Shown: positions 39,804 to 55,427, numbered from the stretch's first letter. The stretch: DNA of 64,000 nt from Octopus vulgaris (GCA_951406725.2 OX597821.1:28396001-28460000), one strand, 5' to 3'. Notes: a model not told the origin generated them from the letters alone. A program made the numbers and translations.

Positions 39804-42800
39804 ATTTATATATGTATGTGTGTGTATGTGTGTAAGTATGTATGCATATATATAAGCGTACACACACTCACACACAGGCACACATTTTTACTGATAATAT
39901 TAATGCGCTTGTAGTTTCTGCTTCCTCAATATTTTCCTAATCAACCGAGTTACAAATTTTTAGCAACATTTTTTGTCTCCCACGTGTTGACTGAATAAAC
40001 TATATATCTGTAAAATGCAAGCCGAAATTAGATCGATTATGAAAAAATCGACATGTTAATCCGTTGTCCTTCTTGTCGTATTACTCAATGAAAAACGTTC
40101 TTTGAATAGAATAAGAAATCTTCTGCGTATTCCAGATAACATTGGCAATAACGTGAGCTTGTATTGATTAGGAAATGGTTGAAAATTAGACGTCATAACC
40201 ATGAAATTATCTCCGCAAATTGCAGGATTAACGATGAAGTCAGCATGAGCAAGTAAAATTACTAAAACAGCATTAACGTCAGCGCTGCTAACACCTTCAA
40301 TAAAATTTTGCATAAACGGAAAACAGCTACAACACAACACAACAGTAATGTTAGAAATAGTTAATCTTTATACAAAGCCTAAAATAAGATTTTATAGGAC
40401 CAAAGTTTTGAACACTTGTTCCTCTTATGTTAGACGGATAAGTGACAAATGCTAACTAAAATTAAGGATGCGTCTCTGTTACACTTAATTAACATCTCCA
40501 GCATGATATGGCTTTATACTGCTTTCAGCGTTTAGCATACGGTCATCCTGATCAAATAGCCAATTTATACAAAACCTCACTCCTGAAGAAGCGTATTATT
40601 CTATGATTGAAAGGGTTCCATGACCGACCATGAAAATATTCTTGGTATATACAGAAATTAACTTTTACATTTTCCACTGCGTATTTAGCTTACTTAATAG
40701 GGTGTGATGTAGGGTTAAAAAAGGCTTCTACTTCTCGTAGGTTGCCGTAGAAGCATTTTCATGTTTTAACTCGGAAAATGTCCATCTAGCGATCAAAGAG
40801 AGACGTATTAAGGTCTACTCATATATTTCACACATTCTCGTTTTTTCATAATTAACCACCAAAAACCATCGCACGTAGTAATCCAAACAGCAGCAGCAGC
40901 ATGGCGGTAGAAGTAGTAGTAGTAGTAGTAATAGTAGTAGTAATATAGTTTCTATGGTATCACATGACCTGATACAATATTGATCCAAACCACAACCTTC
41001 TATTAAGTCTAGGATACCAGATACAATGGCCTCAAACAACTACAAAAAAAGGATCAAAAAGTAGAAAAATTATGATCTGATGACAAATTTTGTGAAGGCA
41101 TTAACATAGAATCTGTTCACCGTAGAAGTAAAAGGAAACTTTATGGCGCTGTAATATATATTCTTTTACTTCTTCCAGCCATGCGGCCGCGGTCATTGGT
41201 CTTAAAATTTCATATTCATTGTCTTAAAAATAAAGGTGAAGATGAACGGTACTAGTCTGTGTAACGAAAATGGTCAAACGGTGTCAACTAAAATCTAATT
41301 GATCATAGCCACTGACGTACGGATAGAGAAACAATGAGAAAAACGAAAAAAATATGAAATAATATCACCAACAATGGCACGCCAGAAAATATAGGAAAAC
41401 TATAACATATACAACTGAGAGAAATGACAACGCCAATAAATAGAATGGGAAGAGGAATAACAAGAAAAGCAGCACAACGTACAGCATCTTGAAAATCAAT
41501 AGAACTGGAAAAGATACTAATAATAATAATATGACAAATAACAGGAGATAAATACAAATATAATAACTACTGGGTGAATATTGATCTCTTGAGTAGAACG
41601 CCAATATATATATTTAGCATATCGATATGATCGATTATCAAAACCATTGAATATTACTGGTCATTATAGATGATAATTCGGAAGCCGCTATGCTGTAGTG
41701 TTGTCTATTAGAAGTAACAGCTAAATTTTCTTCAAAGAGCACCCTGTTGTGTTTATCGTTGTTTTTTGTCTTTGTTTTCATTCGATAATGTTTGAGAGAA
41801 ACGTTAACAGTGTGATGGACATGTTTGGAATACCTTTGGTCAAAATTCACCTTAATCACATTTGATTTAAGATTGGTCTTGAGTTGTATATTTTTATTAA
41901 CAATGAAATAAGGAAGCACTATAATAAACATAATCTAATTTGAACTAGATGGAATAATATCGAAACATGTAACAGAGCTTAGCGAGTGGGTTTCAAAATC
42001 TGTTTCACATATCCCTTCTTTATTGCAAGAATTAAAATAATGGTTTCTCAACTCAAAGAATATCTATAGTAAATAGAACGATAAAACTAATAGAGCAAAG
42101 TTGTGGAAATATCAGAAGAAATATCTAAAATGCCACCGAATATAAACAATGTATAAGCTATTTAAAACAAGTGGCGATAACGAAAACCTCATATAACAAT
42201 ATGAAGGGAGAATCGCTTAAACAACACCTAACCGTTTGTAAACAGATGCAAAAACAATAATGTGAAGCGCCCTATTAACAACAAAGTTATTATAACAAGA
42301 CCGAGAGCAAAAATTATTTTGATGGGAATATAAGAACAATAAATATGACAAAAATAGCAACAGTTGTGTTAATCATAACAACATAAAATGCAAAACTAAA
42401 AATCAGAGAAATATGTATTAGAAGGATGCACTTTCAATGGCAATTGCAAGCGCTAAATATATACAGCAGCAAAAGAAAACGAAAAACGCAATTGATTATG
42501 AAGCACAAAATGAAGCGATGACGGAAACAATTCTTGAATAATAAACAACAAAACAATATCATCAGCCACAAGTACGCAATCAACATAAACTTTCATATGA
42601 ACAGACGCTTAAGAATAAAGAAACTATGAAAAAGGTGATAATCAGAGTAAAATAAGCCAAAGCGGTAGATGTGAATAGGAGATTATATAAAGAAAGAATA
42701 ACTGTGTGAGAGTGAGAGAGAAATATAACAGCACAGAAGGAGACAGTAACATAAAATACAAGGCCAGCACAGAGATAACCGGACGGACAGAGATTGCAAG

Positions 42801-43569
42801 ATAAAAATTAATGCAATGTAATTCGCCATAGATCCGAAGACACGAATAATAGAATTTTCTCTCGATATAAAACGTGACAAGAGTGGATTGGACAGAGATC
42901 AGTCCAGAAATTCTCGGTATTTTCTTCCTCCTTATAAAAGATTATTCTAAGTATAAGTTGTGTTAACATTGAAATTAGCCAGACAAAATATATTCCTGGA
43001 TAATTCCGAGAAAAAAGGGATTGGCACTTCTGATACGAATATAAAGAAGGGCTTAATAACTTAAAAAAAGAATGCATAGTTGTATCTAAGAACGGGCGCA
43101 CACGCACACACATACACAGAAACATACATACACACATACATATGAATATACATATCTACAAGCACGAATACATTCCTACAAACAAACATACATACAAATA
43201 TAAATACCTACAAACACACATAAATACATACAACCGTACGTATATACATTCATACATACATACGAACATTCATAAATGCATACAAGCATACATACATCCA
43301 TACATACATACCTACAAAACACACATACGATATATACATACAAATATACATTCATACACACACATACATACACACACGCACACACATATATATATATAGA
43401 TAGATAGATACATAGATTGATAGATAGATACATGGATACATACATACACTACATAGATAGATAGATACATAGATACAAACATACATACATACATACATAC
43501 ATGCAAATATACATATATACTAACAGAGCACGCATAATTTCAACAGAAACAGTGACGTAGACCGCTCAC

Positions 43570-43637
43570 TTTGTTCGACTAAAGGCGGTGCTCCAGCATG
43601 GCCGCAGTCAAATGACTGAAACATGTAAGAGAGTATA
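43570..43637 (+). mobile_element. SINE family A 3' fragment
   Basis: 'tcgactaaaggcggtgctccagcatggccgcagtcaaatgactgaaaca..taagagagta'. Confidence 0.85.
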
Positions 43638-44014
43638 GGCTCATCCTTTCATCTGATGCGATTTCTGTGGGTATGTATTCTAGGTTATGAGACAAAGAAT
43701 GTTGTTCAATGTGCTGTCTTCTACTTCCTATGATGCTATCTGCCTCATGTATGCAAACCTACTCCAGGGATTCACTTCAATACTTGGTGGTTAAAAGATG
43801 TTGTCGAAGGAGTTATGACATTTAAAGATATTTTGGAACGGTGTTCAGCCTCTGCCGCATTGATTTCGTTTTAGGTAGGGGCGGTCTACGTCTCTGTTTC
43901 TGTTGAAATTATGATGATGAAGATGATGAAGATGATGATGATGATGATGAAGATGATGATGATGATGATGATGATGAGAATGATGATAAGAACAACAACA
44001 ACAACAACGACAAC

Positions 44015-44815
<801 letters not shown>

Positions 44816-44850
44816 GTAATAATAATAATAATGTTAATAATAATAATAAT

Positions 44851-45118
44851 GAAACCAGAAACGGAGGCTCTAATATGTGCTGCGCAAGTGTAAACATTAA
44901 GAACTAATTATATCAAAAGCAGAATAGATAACGTCAGAACGTGACAAGTGCAGAAGTTGTGGACAATCTGGTGAAACCATATAGCATACTACCAGTCAAC
45001 GTATGCCACTCACCGAGAAAGAATATAATAGATGTCATGACAATATAACATGGATTTCCAATTGGACGCTTTGCAACAAGTACAGGCTTGAGAGGGCAAA
45101 CATTTGGTTCGAACATAA
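44851..45118 (+). mobile_element. R4/Dong-like internal fragment (another subfamily)
   Basis: KPETEALICAAQ..LRTNYIKSRID, KCRSCGQSGETI*H, KEYNRCHDN. Follows (TAA)n. Confidence 0.8.
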
Positions 45119-45195
45119 CAACAACAATAATAATAATATTATTAAAAACTATTAGTATTATTAAAATTATAATTAAAATTATTATTATTATTATT

Positions 45196-45767
45196 CAGTA
45201 GTATATTTTTTATATCGTCCTTTCACTTCACTACCGAGCGCAGCTCTGCGTGCCTTGGGTATGTGCTGTGATTTGTTGTGATGCTCCGATGGTTATTGTA
45301 TGCAAAGTGCTCTGCGTAGGATGTGTGCAGTGACTAGTAGTGCAATTTTCTGTATGTTATATGTGTTTGTAAGTTCTGGTGTTTTTGTTATGTATTTGTC
45401 TGAATATTTTTTTATCATGCCTAATGCACCTACTATGATAGGAATTGTTTCTGCTTTTAGATTCCACATTCTGGTTACCTTTATTTCCAGGTTTTGTATT
45501 TTGAAAGTTTCTCCATTTCTTTTAGAGAGACGTTGTCATCCGCTGGTATTGATACATCAATTAGAAAACATTATTTTTCTTCATGATCTCTGACAACTAT
45601 ATCTGGTCTGTTAGCCTTAATTTCTCTATCTGTGTGTATTGGCATATCCCAGAGTATGGTTGCTTTCTCGTTTTCTGTGACCTTTTCTGGTGTGTGCCTA
45701 TACCATATTTTTTCTGTTGATATTCCATAATGTTGGCATAGTTTCCATTGTATATAGGTCCCAACTC

Positions 45768-45768
<1 letters not shown>
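45196..45768 (-). mobile_element. R4/Dong-like 3' fragment (subfamily Y), minus strand
   Basis: RVGTYIQWKLCQHYGISTEKIWYRHTPEKV... nearly identical to the 28211 copy. Flanked by (TTA)n on the plus strand. Confidence 0.93.
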
Positions 45769-45844
<76 letters not shown>

Positions 45845-45845
<1 letters not shown>

Positions 45846-46082
45846 TATGTTTGACTTTTGCTTTACATTTGCATAAGCTGGCTCCAAGTCTCACCCAGAG
45901 ACCTCAAGGGAAAAACAAGTTGGAAGTTCATGTTAGAGTTATGCCTAGAGTGCCATATATTTTGTCTTGTACTTAGCGTTGTACTAGTGAATGCCTAAAA
46001 AAAACCATACGAAAATTATGTTTGTTTTAAAACTTGAGATTACAAAGAAAGTATTTTGCGTAGGATATGAGCAGTTCCCATG

Positions 46083-46084
<2 letters not shown>
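45845..46084 (-). mobile_element. R4/Dong-like extreme 3' end (subfamily X), minus strand
   Basis: The reverse complement matches 27670-27915 (LMGTAHILRKILS and the same 3' UTR). Flanked by (TTA)n. Confidence 0.9.
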
Positions 46085-46134
<50 letters not shown>

Positions 46135-46929
46135 GTGTATTTAATTATGACCCATTATTCGCTCATTGAGGAATGTGTCGGCAACATTTCCGAAATTGTA
46201 ATTAATTTTTGGAAACTTCTCTGTTTTGTTCCAAGAAGTTGATATGTTCGTAACAAGAAGGTATTGACATCATCGAAAATCTCTCTTATTCATGGGAGAT
46301 ATAAGAATTGTTTATCTTGTCACATGCCTTGCTGAGCTGACAAATTTTACTGACATTCCAAGAGCCCAGTTGACAGTTGAAGCGGTTGGCGTAGTGAGAG
46401 ATATCAATGAAGAAGAAGTGGTTGTGACGTTGTGAATGCATTTGCATTTATTTGTTAATTCTGAATTTAACAAATAAATTTTATTGATAAAATGATTTTC
46501 CCCTGAAGACCATTTCGAAAAAAATACATATCCAGTGAAATAGTTAACAATGATATTGATACTAAAATGGAAGACAGCTGATACCAATGTTTAGTTGTAA
46601 TATGTAGGTGACATGCTGTTACCGATGACAACAACAACACGACATCAACGACGACACCGAAGTGACAGTGTCAGCAATAATATTTTTGAACAGCTACAGT
46701 AATTTTCAAATAACTTCAGCTGCACCAACCGAAATCACAGTATAAACAACAAAAATACGGCATACTCAAAACTGCTATGCTATAAATCCTAAAAGTAGCA
46801 TGACTATGAGGAACGATAGAAGAACAGCAACAGCAACGAGCGAATAAGAGAAGCATACTGGCTCAGCAATCTGGTAGATTTAGCAGCCAAATCTTTCCCA
46901 ATTAGCAACTTATTTTGATTATATAAGAA

Positions 46930-47142
46930 GCAGAGCTGGCAGAATCGTTACCACGCCGGAAAAATTGCTTAGCGGCATTTTGCATGTCTTTCGTTCTGAG
47001 TTCAAATTCCGCTGATGCCGACCATCCCTTTCATACTTTCTGGGTCTATGAATTAAGTATCCCTCAGACAATGTAATCGATGTAATATCGTCTAGCCCCC
47101 TCCCCCAAAATTTAAGGTCTTGTGCCTAGAGTAGAAAGGATT
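46930..47142 (+). mobile_element. SINE family B, degenerate
   Basis: 'gagctggcagaatcgttaccacgccgg...cgttctgagttcaaattcc...cttgtgcctagagtagaaaggatt'. Confidence 0.8.
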
Positions 47143-47260
47143 GAATAATGCCATCTTTTGTCATAAGTCTGCGTGACCAGGAGTTATTTAAGTTTAAACA
47201 ATTACAAAAGCATTGTGGATGACAAAAGAAGCAGTGGTATTAACAAGGTTAATAACACCA

Positions 47261-47397
47261 TAATCCTTTCTACTAAAGTCACAAGGCCCGAAATTTTGGG
47301 TGAGGGGACTAGTCGTTTACATCGACCCCAGTGTTTCACTGGTACTTAATTTATCAACCTCGAGAAAAATTAAAGGCAAAGTCGACCCCAGCAGAAT
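47261..47397 (-). mobile_element. SINE family B 3' half
   Basis: 'taatcctttctactaaagtcacaagg...atcgaccccagtg..actggtacttaatttatc...aaaggcaaagtcgac'. Confidence 0.8.
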
Positions 47398-47599
47398 ATC
47401 ACCAATAATAACATCTAAAACACTGACTCATTATGTCAAAGCCAGCGACTCCTAGATTCAGCATTTCCTTCCGTTCAAAGAATAGAAGCTATTAAATTCC
47501 AATTCAAGTTTTCGGAAATAAAGACTTTTATATGAACGATTTAGGACGGCGAGTTGGTGGTACATTATATCCTACGCTGCTTTTTATTATATTCAGCCT

Positions 47600-48900
47600 G
47601 TTCGAATTCATTGTTCTATTGATGAACATCACAAGGACGATGCACGAGATTGGCTGTAACTGTGTTACATTTATGTAGATTCGAGACGCGTGTATGTTGA
47701 TAAAGTCTGTAGTGTTTAATTGTTATCAATTTGATATTGTATTCTGTTAGTTTACGGTAATAATCATTCGAGTGTTGTTCTGATGAGTAAAGTTTAAGGA
47801 TCGGAAATAACCTGAATGATTTCTTAATTGACATTTTTTTGCACAAGATACTTTTACGTGTGGAGCAATACAATTTCATCTTTATTTTCATTGATGCTTG
47901 CAAAAGATTGCAAGAGGACAATTCCTCCCCGTTTCAGGTTTGTGTGATTGATGTGCATTTTTTATTGATCAGAAATTGCATTTGCAGCGGATCGAAACTA
48001 CTTTGATAGGGTATGTAGTTTGTTTTATTTATCATGTGTACGTTAGTGATAATATCAATTTGATTTGAGAACTAATTCCATTAAATATAATTATACTAAT
48101 TTTACTGATGGCAGATTCGCTAAAGTTAATCAGTAAGGCGGACGATATCAGTTCATAATCCAAAACGTAGTTACCCTGTATTGAAAATGTGTTAGATCTG
48201 ATATTCATTCCTGATCTAACACTAAATATCCGCTTTGCGTGTTGATTAAAGTTAAACATTTTTGCCCCCAATTCTATAATTTGTTATTCGTGATGGAATT
48301 AAAAATATGCCGGTCAAAAATATTCTGGTAAATACCATATGGTTTATTCGGTGTGTTAGATTGGATACAGTTTCGGGTATGTATGATTTAATTTTGGTTA
48401 GATTCGTAATAAACAGCATATTAAAGATAGTGTCGATTTTCTAGAAATGTACGTAATAATTTATAAATACAGAACCTATTCCAACGCATCTCTATCAATA
48501 TTGGTGAACAGCCAATTCCAGGAGATAAATCCAAATTTTTGAATGTAATTTCTGTTATTATCTGGTTTATCGATAACATATGCATACTTTCGATGTCTTT
48601 TGATAAAACTGCCATTTTCTGCTGTAGAAATTTCGTATATTTTTTAGAAGGTATAGGAATAAATTTTGTCGATATCTCAATTTCTTACTTCACCATGCTT
48701 TTATTTATTGCCGTAGCAGTATCAGTGAGATAAAATTCTAAATAACAGTATTTTAATAGAATGAGTTATTGCTAAAAACAATGGTATCTTCATTTTGTTA
48801 GTTTGGCCATTTTTATATATGTTATGTTCCAAATATGTAAACTCCGACAGGCACATACGTATAATCGATACTAAAGGTTGATATCTTACAAAGGGGGTGA
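47600..48900 (-). mobile_element. Possible very old LINE RT relic
   Basis: Weak motif-like remnants in RT order: AVLSKDIE (motif A-like), LLRTFLENR, YVLD (YADD-like). Confidence 0.25.
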
Positions 48901-49216
48901 AACAAACATATATTTGTTTGCAGCACACACCCTTTGAAATATTCTATAGTATTTACTCTTACATCCTACATTGATTTCATCGTCATTTCCCTGAATAAGC
49001 AAAACTTAATAATCAAATCTCTCATTACTTCTTCTATCTCTCTGTTGCTTTCTTTCTCTGTATATATATTTATATGAAGACTCACAATACATACCTGTAT
49101 TTACGTGTGTGCGTGTGAGTGAGTGTCGTGTGTGTTTTTTCAGGATATACACACACATATACACACAGACACACACGCACACACACACATACATATATAT
49201 AGATATAGATACAGAT

Positions 49217-49263
<47 letters not shown>

Positions 49264-49719
49264 CGAATCTATACATTTCTGTATGTTAGTATATAACAAA
49301 GTAATAGATCATATATTTAAAAAAAGATATATTCAATTCTTGAATAGCCAATAGTTTGAAAAAAATTCTATTGGACAAATAACAAAAAAACAAACGAATT
49401 TCCAAAACAGACAAGCATAATGATACACAAGTCAATGTATATGCAAAATGTATTAAATGAAAACGAAACAAACTAAAATAGACGCATTCAGATATGGAAC
49501 TATGAACAACATATAACTCATCGATTTCTATCGCCTCCATTGCACATATTAGCATTTTTTCTCATTTTAGATATTTTTCGGAGAATTCTACTTCACGTTT
49601 TTCCTGAAATTTGCATCTAATTCAAATCACAAAATGAGATTTAGGTGAATTTTCTTTATATTTATAACAAATAATTTTAGCAGTATGATGTGTTTGTGCG
49701 TATATACAAACATGCATAA

Positions 49720-49787
<68 letters not shown>

Positions 49788-49833
49788 AGATACAGAAATA
49801 TACTCGCAGCCAGGCAGACAGATACACAGACAG

Positions 49834-49937
<104 letters not shown>

Positions 49938-49966
49938 GACAGACATAGACAGAGAGAGATAAGTGT

Positions 49967-50033
<67 letters not shown>

Positions 50034-51048
50034 ATTGAAAGATCAATAGAGATATAGAGAGATAGAGAGGAATTACCTGAATATGTGAAAACGTAAATGT
50101 AAATCCTAATCGCTCGAGAGATTTTGCATACCAAACACTATGATAATCAACGGGAAACATTTGTTGTATAAAATCTTGGAACAGAAACATACATATTTTA
50201 ATCCTCCCTCTCTCTCTCTCTCTCTCTATTCCTTTCTTTCTCTCTTTTTCTCTTGCTCTCTCTTGCGCACACGCACACTCTCTCACACACACAAACACAT
50301 GCACACACATATATATATACGTACAAACGCACTGTCATATCCACAGAGATAAGCAAGCACACTAACACATATTTGTTGGTAGTTTTTAAAAATTTTTTTG
50401 GCGTATTTATATATGTTGCTTATGGAAATTTTCGCAATAGTCTCCTTGGCAGATAAATCTGAAGTTGATGGAATCACTGGCAAATTATCTGATATGTATT
50501 GATTCCCATCGTTTTACTTATATTTTCAAACGTAAAAGTAGAGTGGTCGTGGTGATGGTGTTGATGGTGGTGATGGTGTTGATGTTGGTGGCGATATTGG
50601 TGCCTGCGGTGGTGGCGGTTGTGTTGGTTTAGGCAGTAGGAATTCTCTATTATTTCAATCTTTAGAAATGTTTGAAAGTATTTGTAGGAAATACCTTTCA
50701 CAATAATCTCATAGGGTACTTATTTATCTTTGTATTTTATCTGTTTCCATGTATTTTTCTATTTAAGTATTTTCGGCCTTTATTTTCCATAAATTCATTT
50801 TATGTTATATATTCATGTGTATAGTATTGTTGTTGTGAATGCTATTCTGTATTTTATTCAGTCGGATGAAATAAAGCTACAACTGATATTTTGAATTCAG
50901 ATTTACTAAACAATAATATTATGTTAGTATAACCTGTATTTGTGTATACACACACACACATATATATATATATGCATATATATACATATGTATGTATGTA
51001 GATATATATGAAAACACACACATACATACATACATACATATATGTATG

Positions 51049-51088
<40 letters not shown>

Positions 51089-51133
51089 CATGTATGAAGA
51101 TATATATGAAAACACACATACATACATATATGC

Positions 51134-51189
<56 letters not shown>

Positions 51190-51428
51190 TGTATTCATAC
51201 GGAAATTTTAATTTCAGTTGCTTAATATATACGTAAACGTGCGCTGTGATTTGTGCGTTAACATTATCATATACATTTATGATAAATCTCTCTATGTCTA
51301 GGCCGCATAAAAAAATCTATATGCCTAACAACATAAAGCGATACGCAGTATACTTAATTCGTATGTTGCTCTTTCTTGTTTACATTTACCTTAATATGTG
51401 TATCGAACTTAATATATGTATCGAACTA

Positions 51429-51658
51429 AGGGCGGTGAGCTGGCACAGTCGTTAGCACGCCTGGCGAAATGCTGAGCGCTATTTCGTCTACCGTTACGTT
51501 CTGAGTTCAAAGTCTGCCGAGGTCGACTTTGCGTTTCATCGTTTCGGCGTCGATTAAATAAGTACCAGTTATGCACTGGATCCGATGTAAACGACTTAAT
51601 CCCTTTGTCTGTCCTTGTTTGTCCCCTCTATGTTTAGCACCCCTGTGGTTAATAAAGA
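51429..51658 (+). mobile_element. Full-length SINE family B with 18-bp TSD
   Basis: Head 'ggcggtgagctggcacagtcgttagcacg', tail 'aataaaga'. TSD aatatatgtatcgaacta (51411-51428) and aatatatctatcgaacta (51659-51676). Confidence 0.92.
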
Positions 51659-51799
51659 AATATATCTATCGAACTATCCCTGCGCCTACTTCCCTTTCTC
51701 AAAGACGAAAGAGCAATAGGACAATATAACTATTGTGAACGAGACTGAAGCAGGAAGACGTTTCATTTGTGGACCAACGTCTGTAGAGTGATATTGATT

Positions 51800-53260
51800 T
51801 AATATTCACCAATTAATCTGAGGGAATTATTTCTAATGCTTTCAAACAACTGATTATGTAGGTTGCAGCGGTTTCGTCTAACTTTTAATAGCAATATTAT
51901 TAGGTGTATTAACATGAACGTCGTAAACTGAAGAGGACATTAATCAATTGATACGTGAGAAACGAGGTGTTTATAGCAAATGTTATTGTTACCCTTTTAT
52001 CGTACTATTGATCTATCGCCCAGACTTTGAAATGTAGTTATATATCGCTGTTTACAATACACTTCCAGTCTTCAATTTCCTGCAAATGCCTTTTTTGAAT
52101 TTGGGGCTGACACTTTTAACTATAACAAGTCTATCGTTCTGACAATCTTCCAAGATGTCGTTTCCAATACCCTGGATACAACTTGACTATTGCATGGGTG
52201 TATCCGCTATACTATACATGAGTCTTGAGAGCGCTCAGGATCAGCAAATTTTTGTGATTTTGTTGTTCCAGAATTGCATCGTTAACTTGATTTCATACTC
52301 AGATTTCTTTCTTTTGGATTTGCTGTTGCAATATCATATCTAGCATAGAACATTCCTTTGTCATCGACATTGCAGCAGTCACAGCATTTCGTCCTTTTTT
52401 GTTCATCACATCTTACTTGTGTATAAAAGCGCGGCTAGGTCGGTTCTATTGAAGAAATGGGAAATCGGAATTTATTCTAGCCTTTCTTTGGTCATTCCTG
52501 TATTGAAAACAAGTGCTTTCCCCTCTGATCTTACCATGTTTTTATTACGAGGTTCATAAAATATATTGTTTCACTGATAAGTATACTGATCGTGTTGTAC
52601 TGACTATGTTATGATATTGCTGAAAATGAATATCTTGTTATGTTAATATCGGGGAATGTTTTTGAAATCTCTTTAATGAGTTAAGGTAATCCTAGAAAAG
52701 AGAGCGTAATAGCGTACAGATAACTTGCGGGTTGGGTCTTTCAAAGATATCTTTAGTAAACTTGTATACAAGTTTGTTCCAGTAAATACAACAATGGAAC
52801 GCGTGCATTCATAGAAATAAAAGAGTAAGACTGACAGCCAAATACTCTGACAGAAGACACTTCATATCATTTCTGATGAAAGGAACACAATAACCTTACT
52901 CTAGTGTCAAGATAGAAACCAAAGCTGAGCATTTTAACTAGGAATACATTTTATTGGACGTAGTTTATGGCTTTCAAGACGTCTGTCATAACAAAATGCC
53001 TCCCATTTGCTTCAGCGAGTTTTTGATACACAAGTAGTGGCTGATCATAAACGAATCGTATTTGTGTTTCAAGGTTAGTGTTTGAAGGTAATATAAATAT
53101 AGAGAGTCATACTCAATGGTGTGAAGACATTAACAATAATCTACAATATCATAAACGTGGGGACGAAAGTTAATTGACCTTGTAAAAGCCATTTGTATTT
53201 ATTCTAATGTTTTTCAATACATTTGTCTATAGAAAAAACGAATAAACCCTTTTTGCAATA
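51800..53260 (-). mobile_element. Possible highly decayed LINE RT region
   Basis: Scattered remnants on the minus strand (Q.GF, D..KA, PQ..LF..YLN, VDD) in the expected order. No continuous ORF. Confidence 0.25.
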
Positions 53261-54009
53261 TAGAATGATTTGTTGGCCCCTGTAAAAATAATATACACGA
53301 AGTGGAACGGAACATATATAGGAGGCAAATTCGATTTCATACACACACACACACACACACACACATCACAAACACTCACTCACACATATGCTCATATATA
53401 TATACAGATGTATATACGCATGCATATATAGACGCATATACACTCATGTATGTACACGCATATACGTATACATTTTAACTTGTATTTAAAACTATATATA
53501 TTTACGTGTATATATGCATATTTGTATGCAAAGATGTGTGTACTTATGTATGTATGTACGTACGCATGTATTTATGAGATAGAATGGGAGATATGGGGAG
53601 TCACACCGGTATGAGTCGCTAATGAGGTGTTACGAGCTTTGTTCTGTGAATTTTGGAAAATACGCAATTACTTTTACTGACTGATAAGCTAACTAATGAG
53701 TTACAGTTTATTCCTATAGTCGTGTTCTTAATTGATATAAAGTTATAAATCCATTTTAACAAAAAGTATATATAGCAAGCGTGTGTATAATTCCGTTATC
53801 TATTTTTATTGAGTGTATTGTCTAGAAAATCATGTCCAAACACTGCTTGATGAAAACAACAGAATTAACTATGTGAATGTTCGTTAGTAGAAATGTGTGT
53901 AAGGCTTTCCTAAAAGACTAGCGACAATCATTCAAAATTCCCTCAAAAAAGACCCTCTTGACATTCGAAAATGAGAGCTGTATTAGACGGTATTAGCCGC
54001 AATTTACAG

Positions 54010-54277
54010 AACCTTGAGCAAGTGTATAGCCCCGGGCCGACCAAATTCTTGTGAAAAGAAGTCCTTTATAAACATACGTATAAGTTTATTTGTGTATGTG
54101 TCTTTGTGTATGGCCTCCGCCTTGTCAACAGGTGTTAATCGTTTTGCGTCCACGTTATTTGTGGTTCTGTATAAGAGGTCAAGAGAATAAACGCTAGGTT
54201 TAAATAATGAATACTGGGGTTGATTAGTTCAGCTAAAACCCTTCCATATGCTCCACTGTAGCCGTAGTCTATTGACC
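54010..54277 (+). mobile_element. Old, degenerate SINE family A copy
   Basis: 'ccttgagcaagtg.tatagccccgggccgaccaaa...gagaataa...tactggggttgattagttc..ctaaa'. Confidence 0.65.
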
Positions 54278-55103
54278 TATGAATTTATGAACGCTCAAAT
54301 AACGTTGATTGTAAATCTGTTTCATTACGGCCGAAGTGTATACAGCTATATTTTTTTGAAATGGAATTTTCAAAATTAAGTTTCCAAACATGAAATATGA
54401 AATGCACGTTAGATTAAATAATCGAAATTTTAGGTAGGTAAATTAAAAGTGTGCCTAGAATATTGAACGATCGAAAACAAATCTTCTTTACTAAAATAGA
54501 CAAAACATTGAAGATTGATTGGATATTTCTTTAGTATTATTTAAGCGAAGCAGAATTTCTTTCTCTCCACTTGATTTCTGTTATATCTATTACTTATTCC
54601 TTAGTTAGTCATCTCTTACAGAATCATCTTTTCTGACATTTGCTTCTATAATCAAATTTATGGTGGCTATTCTACCGGATAATCGTGACAATATTCTTGG
54701 AATAATTCCTTCCGTATTTTACTGCGAAATAATAGCAGAGAAAAAAAATGCACTCGGTGCATATAAGAAAAATATATAACAAATAAACAATATTATTTAT
54801 AATCTTTTCTGTAATAACAGCATATTTATTGTTGCTTTAATATTCCAATTCTAGAAGCTTCCGTTTTCTTTTCCTTACCATCCCAGTATTCTGCCAGCAT
54901 TGTTCTGTTTACAAAACATGGTGCACTCATATCCTTTCTGTTTGCATATATTTATTTTACCATTTTATCGTCTACATTACGCACAATTTTTTTCTCATCC
55001 ATTCTGTTCATCATTCTCTCGCTCATTTTCTCTCTATCCATATACATGATATATATGTATATAGATAGACAGACAGATTTACATATATTGTATATATATA
55101 TAC

Positions 55104-55318
55104 AGTTAATCCAAATAAGAAAACACCAAAAAAACAAAAAAAACACAACAACCTGAGGACGTGGAACAAATGAAGTATTATTGGACGCTCAGGAAAGAAG
55201 GGAAGAAGGAGGGTTTAACGTTTCGAGCGAAGCTCTTCGTCGAAAACAAAGGAGAAGGAAAGATCCCGAGAAGGGAAGACAGAGGAAAAAAATCGCCAGC
55301 GGTACTCACGAGGTCATA
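55104..55318 (-). mobile_element. Penelope-like pseudo-LTR fragment (family P2) with hammerhead-like motif
   Basis: Homologous to the 33200 and 58702 copies. Motif at 55213-55247. Adjacent to TA repeats. Confidence 0.7.
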
Positions 55319-55341
55319 TGTTTGTGTGTGTGTGTGTATAC

Positions 55342-55427
<86 letters not shown>

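Noticed and set aside
50071-50100. Minus-strand ttttcacatattcag/gtaatt resembling a recursive splice site
   Set aside because: A single motif with no evidence for a minus-strand host transcript.
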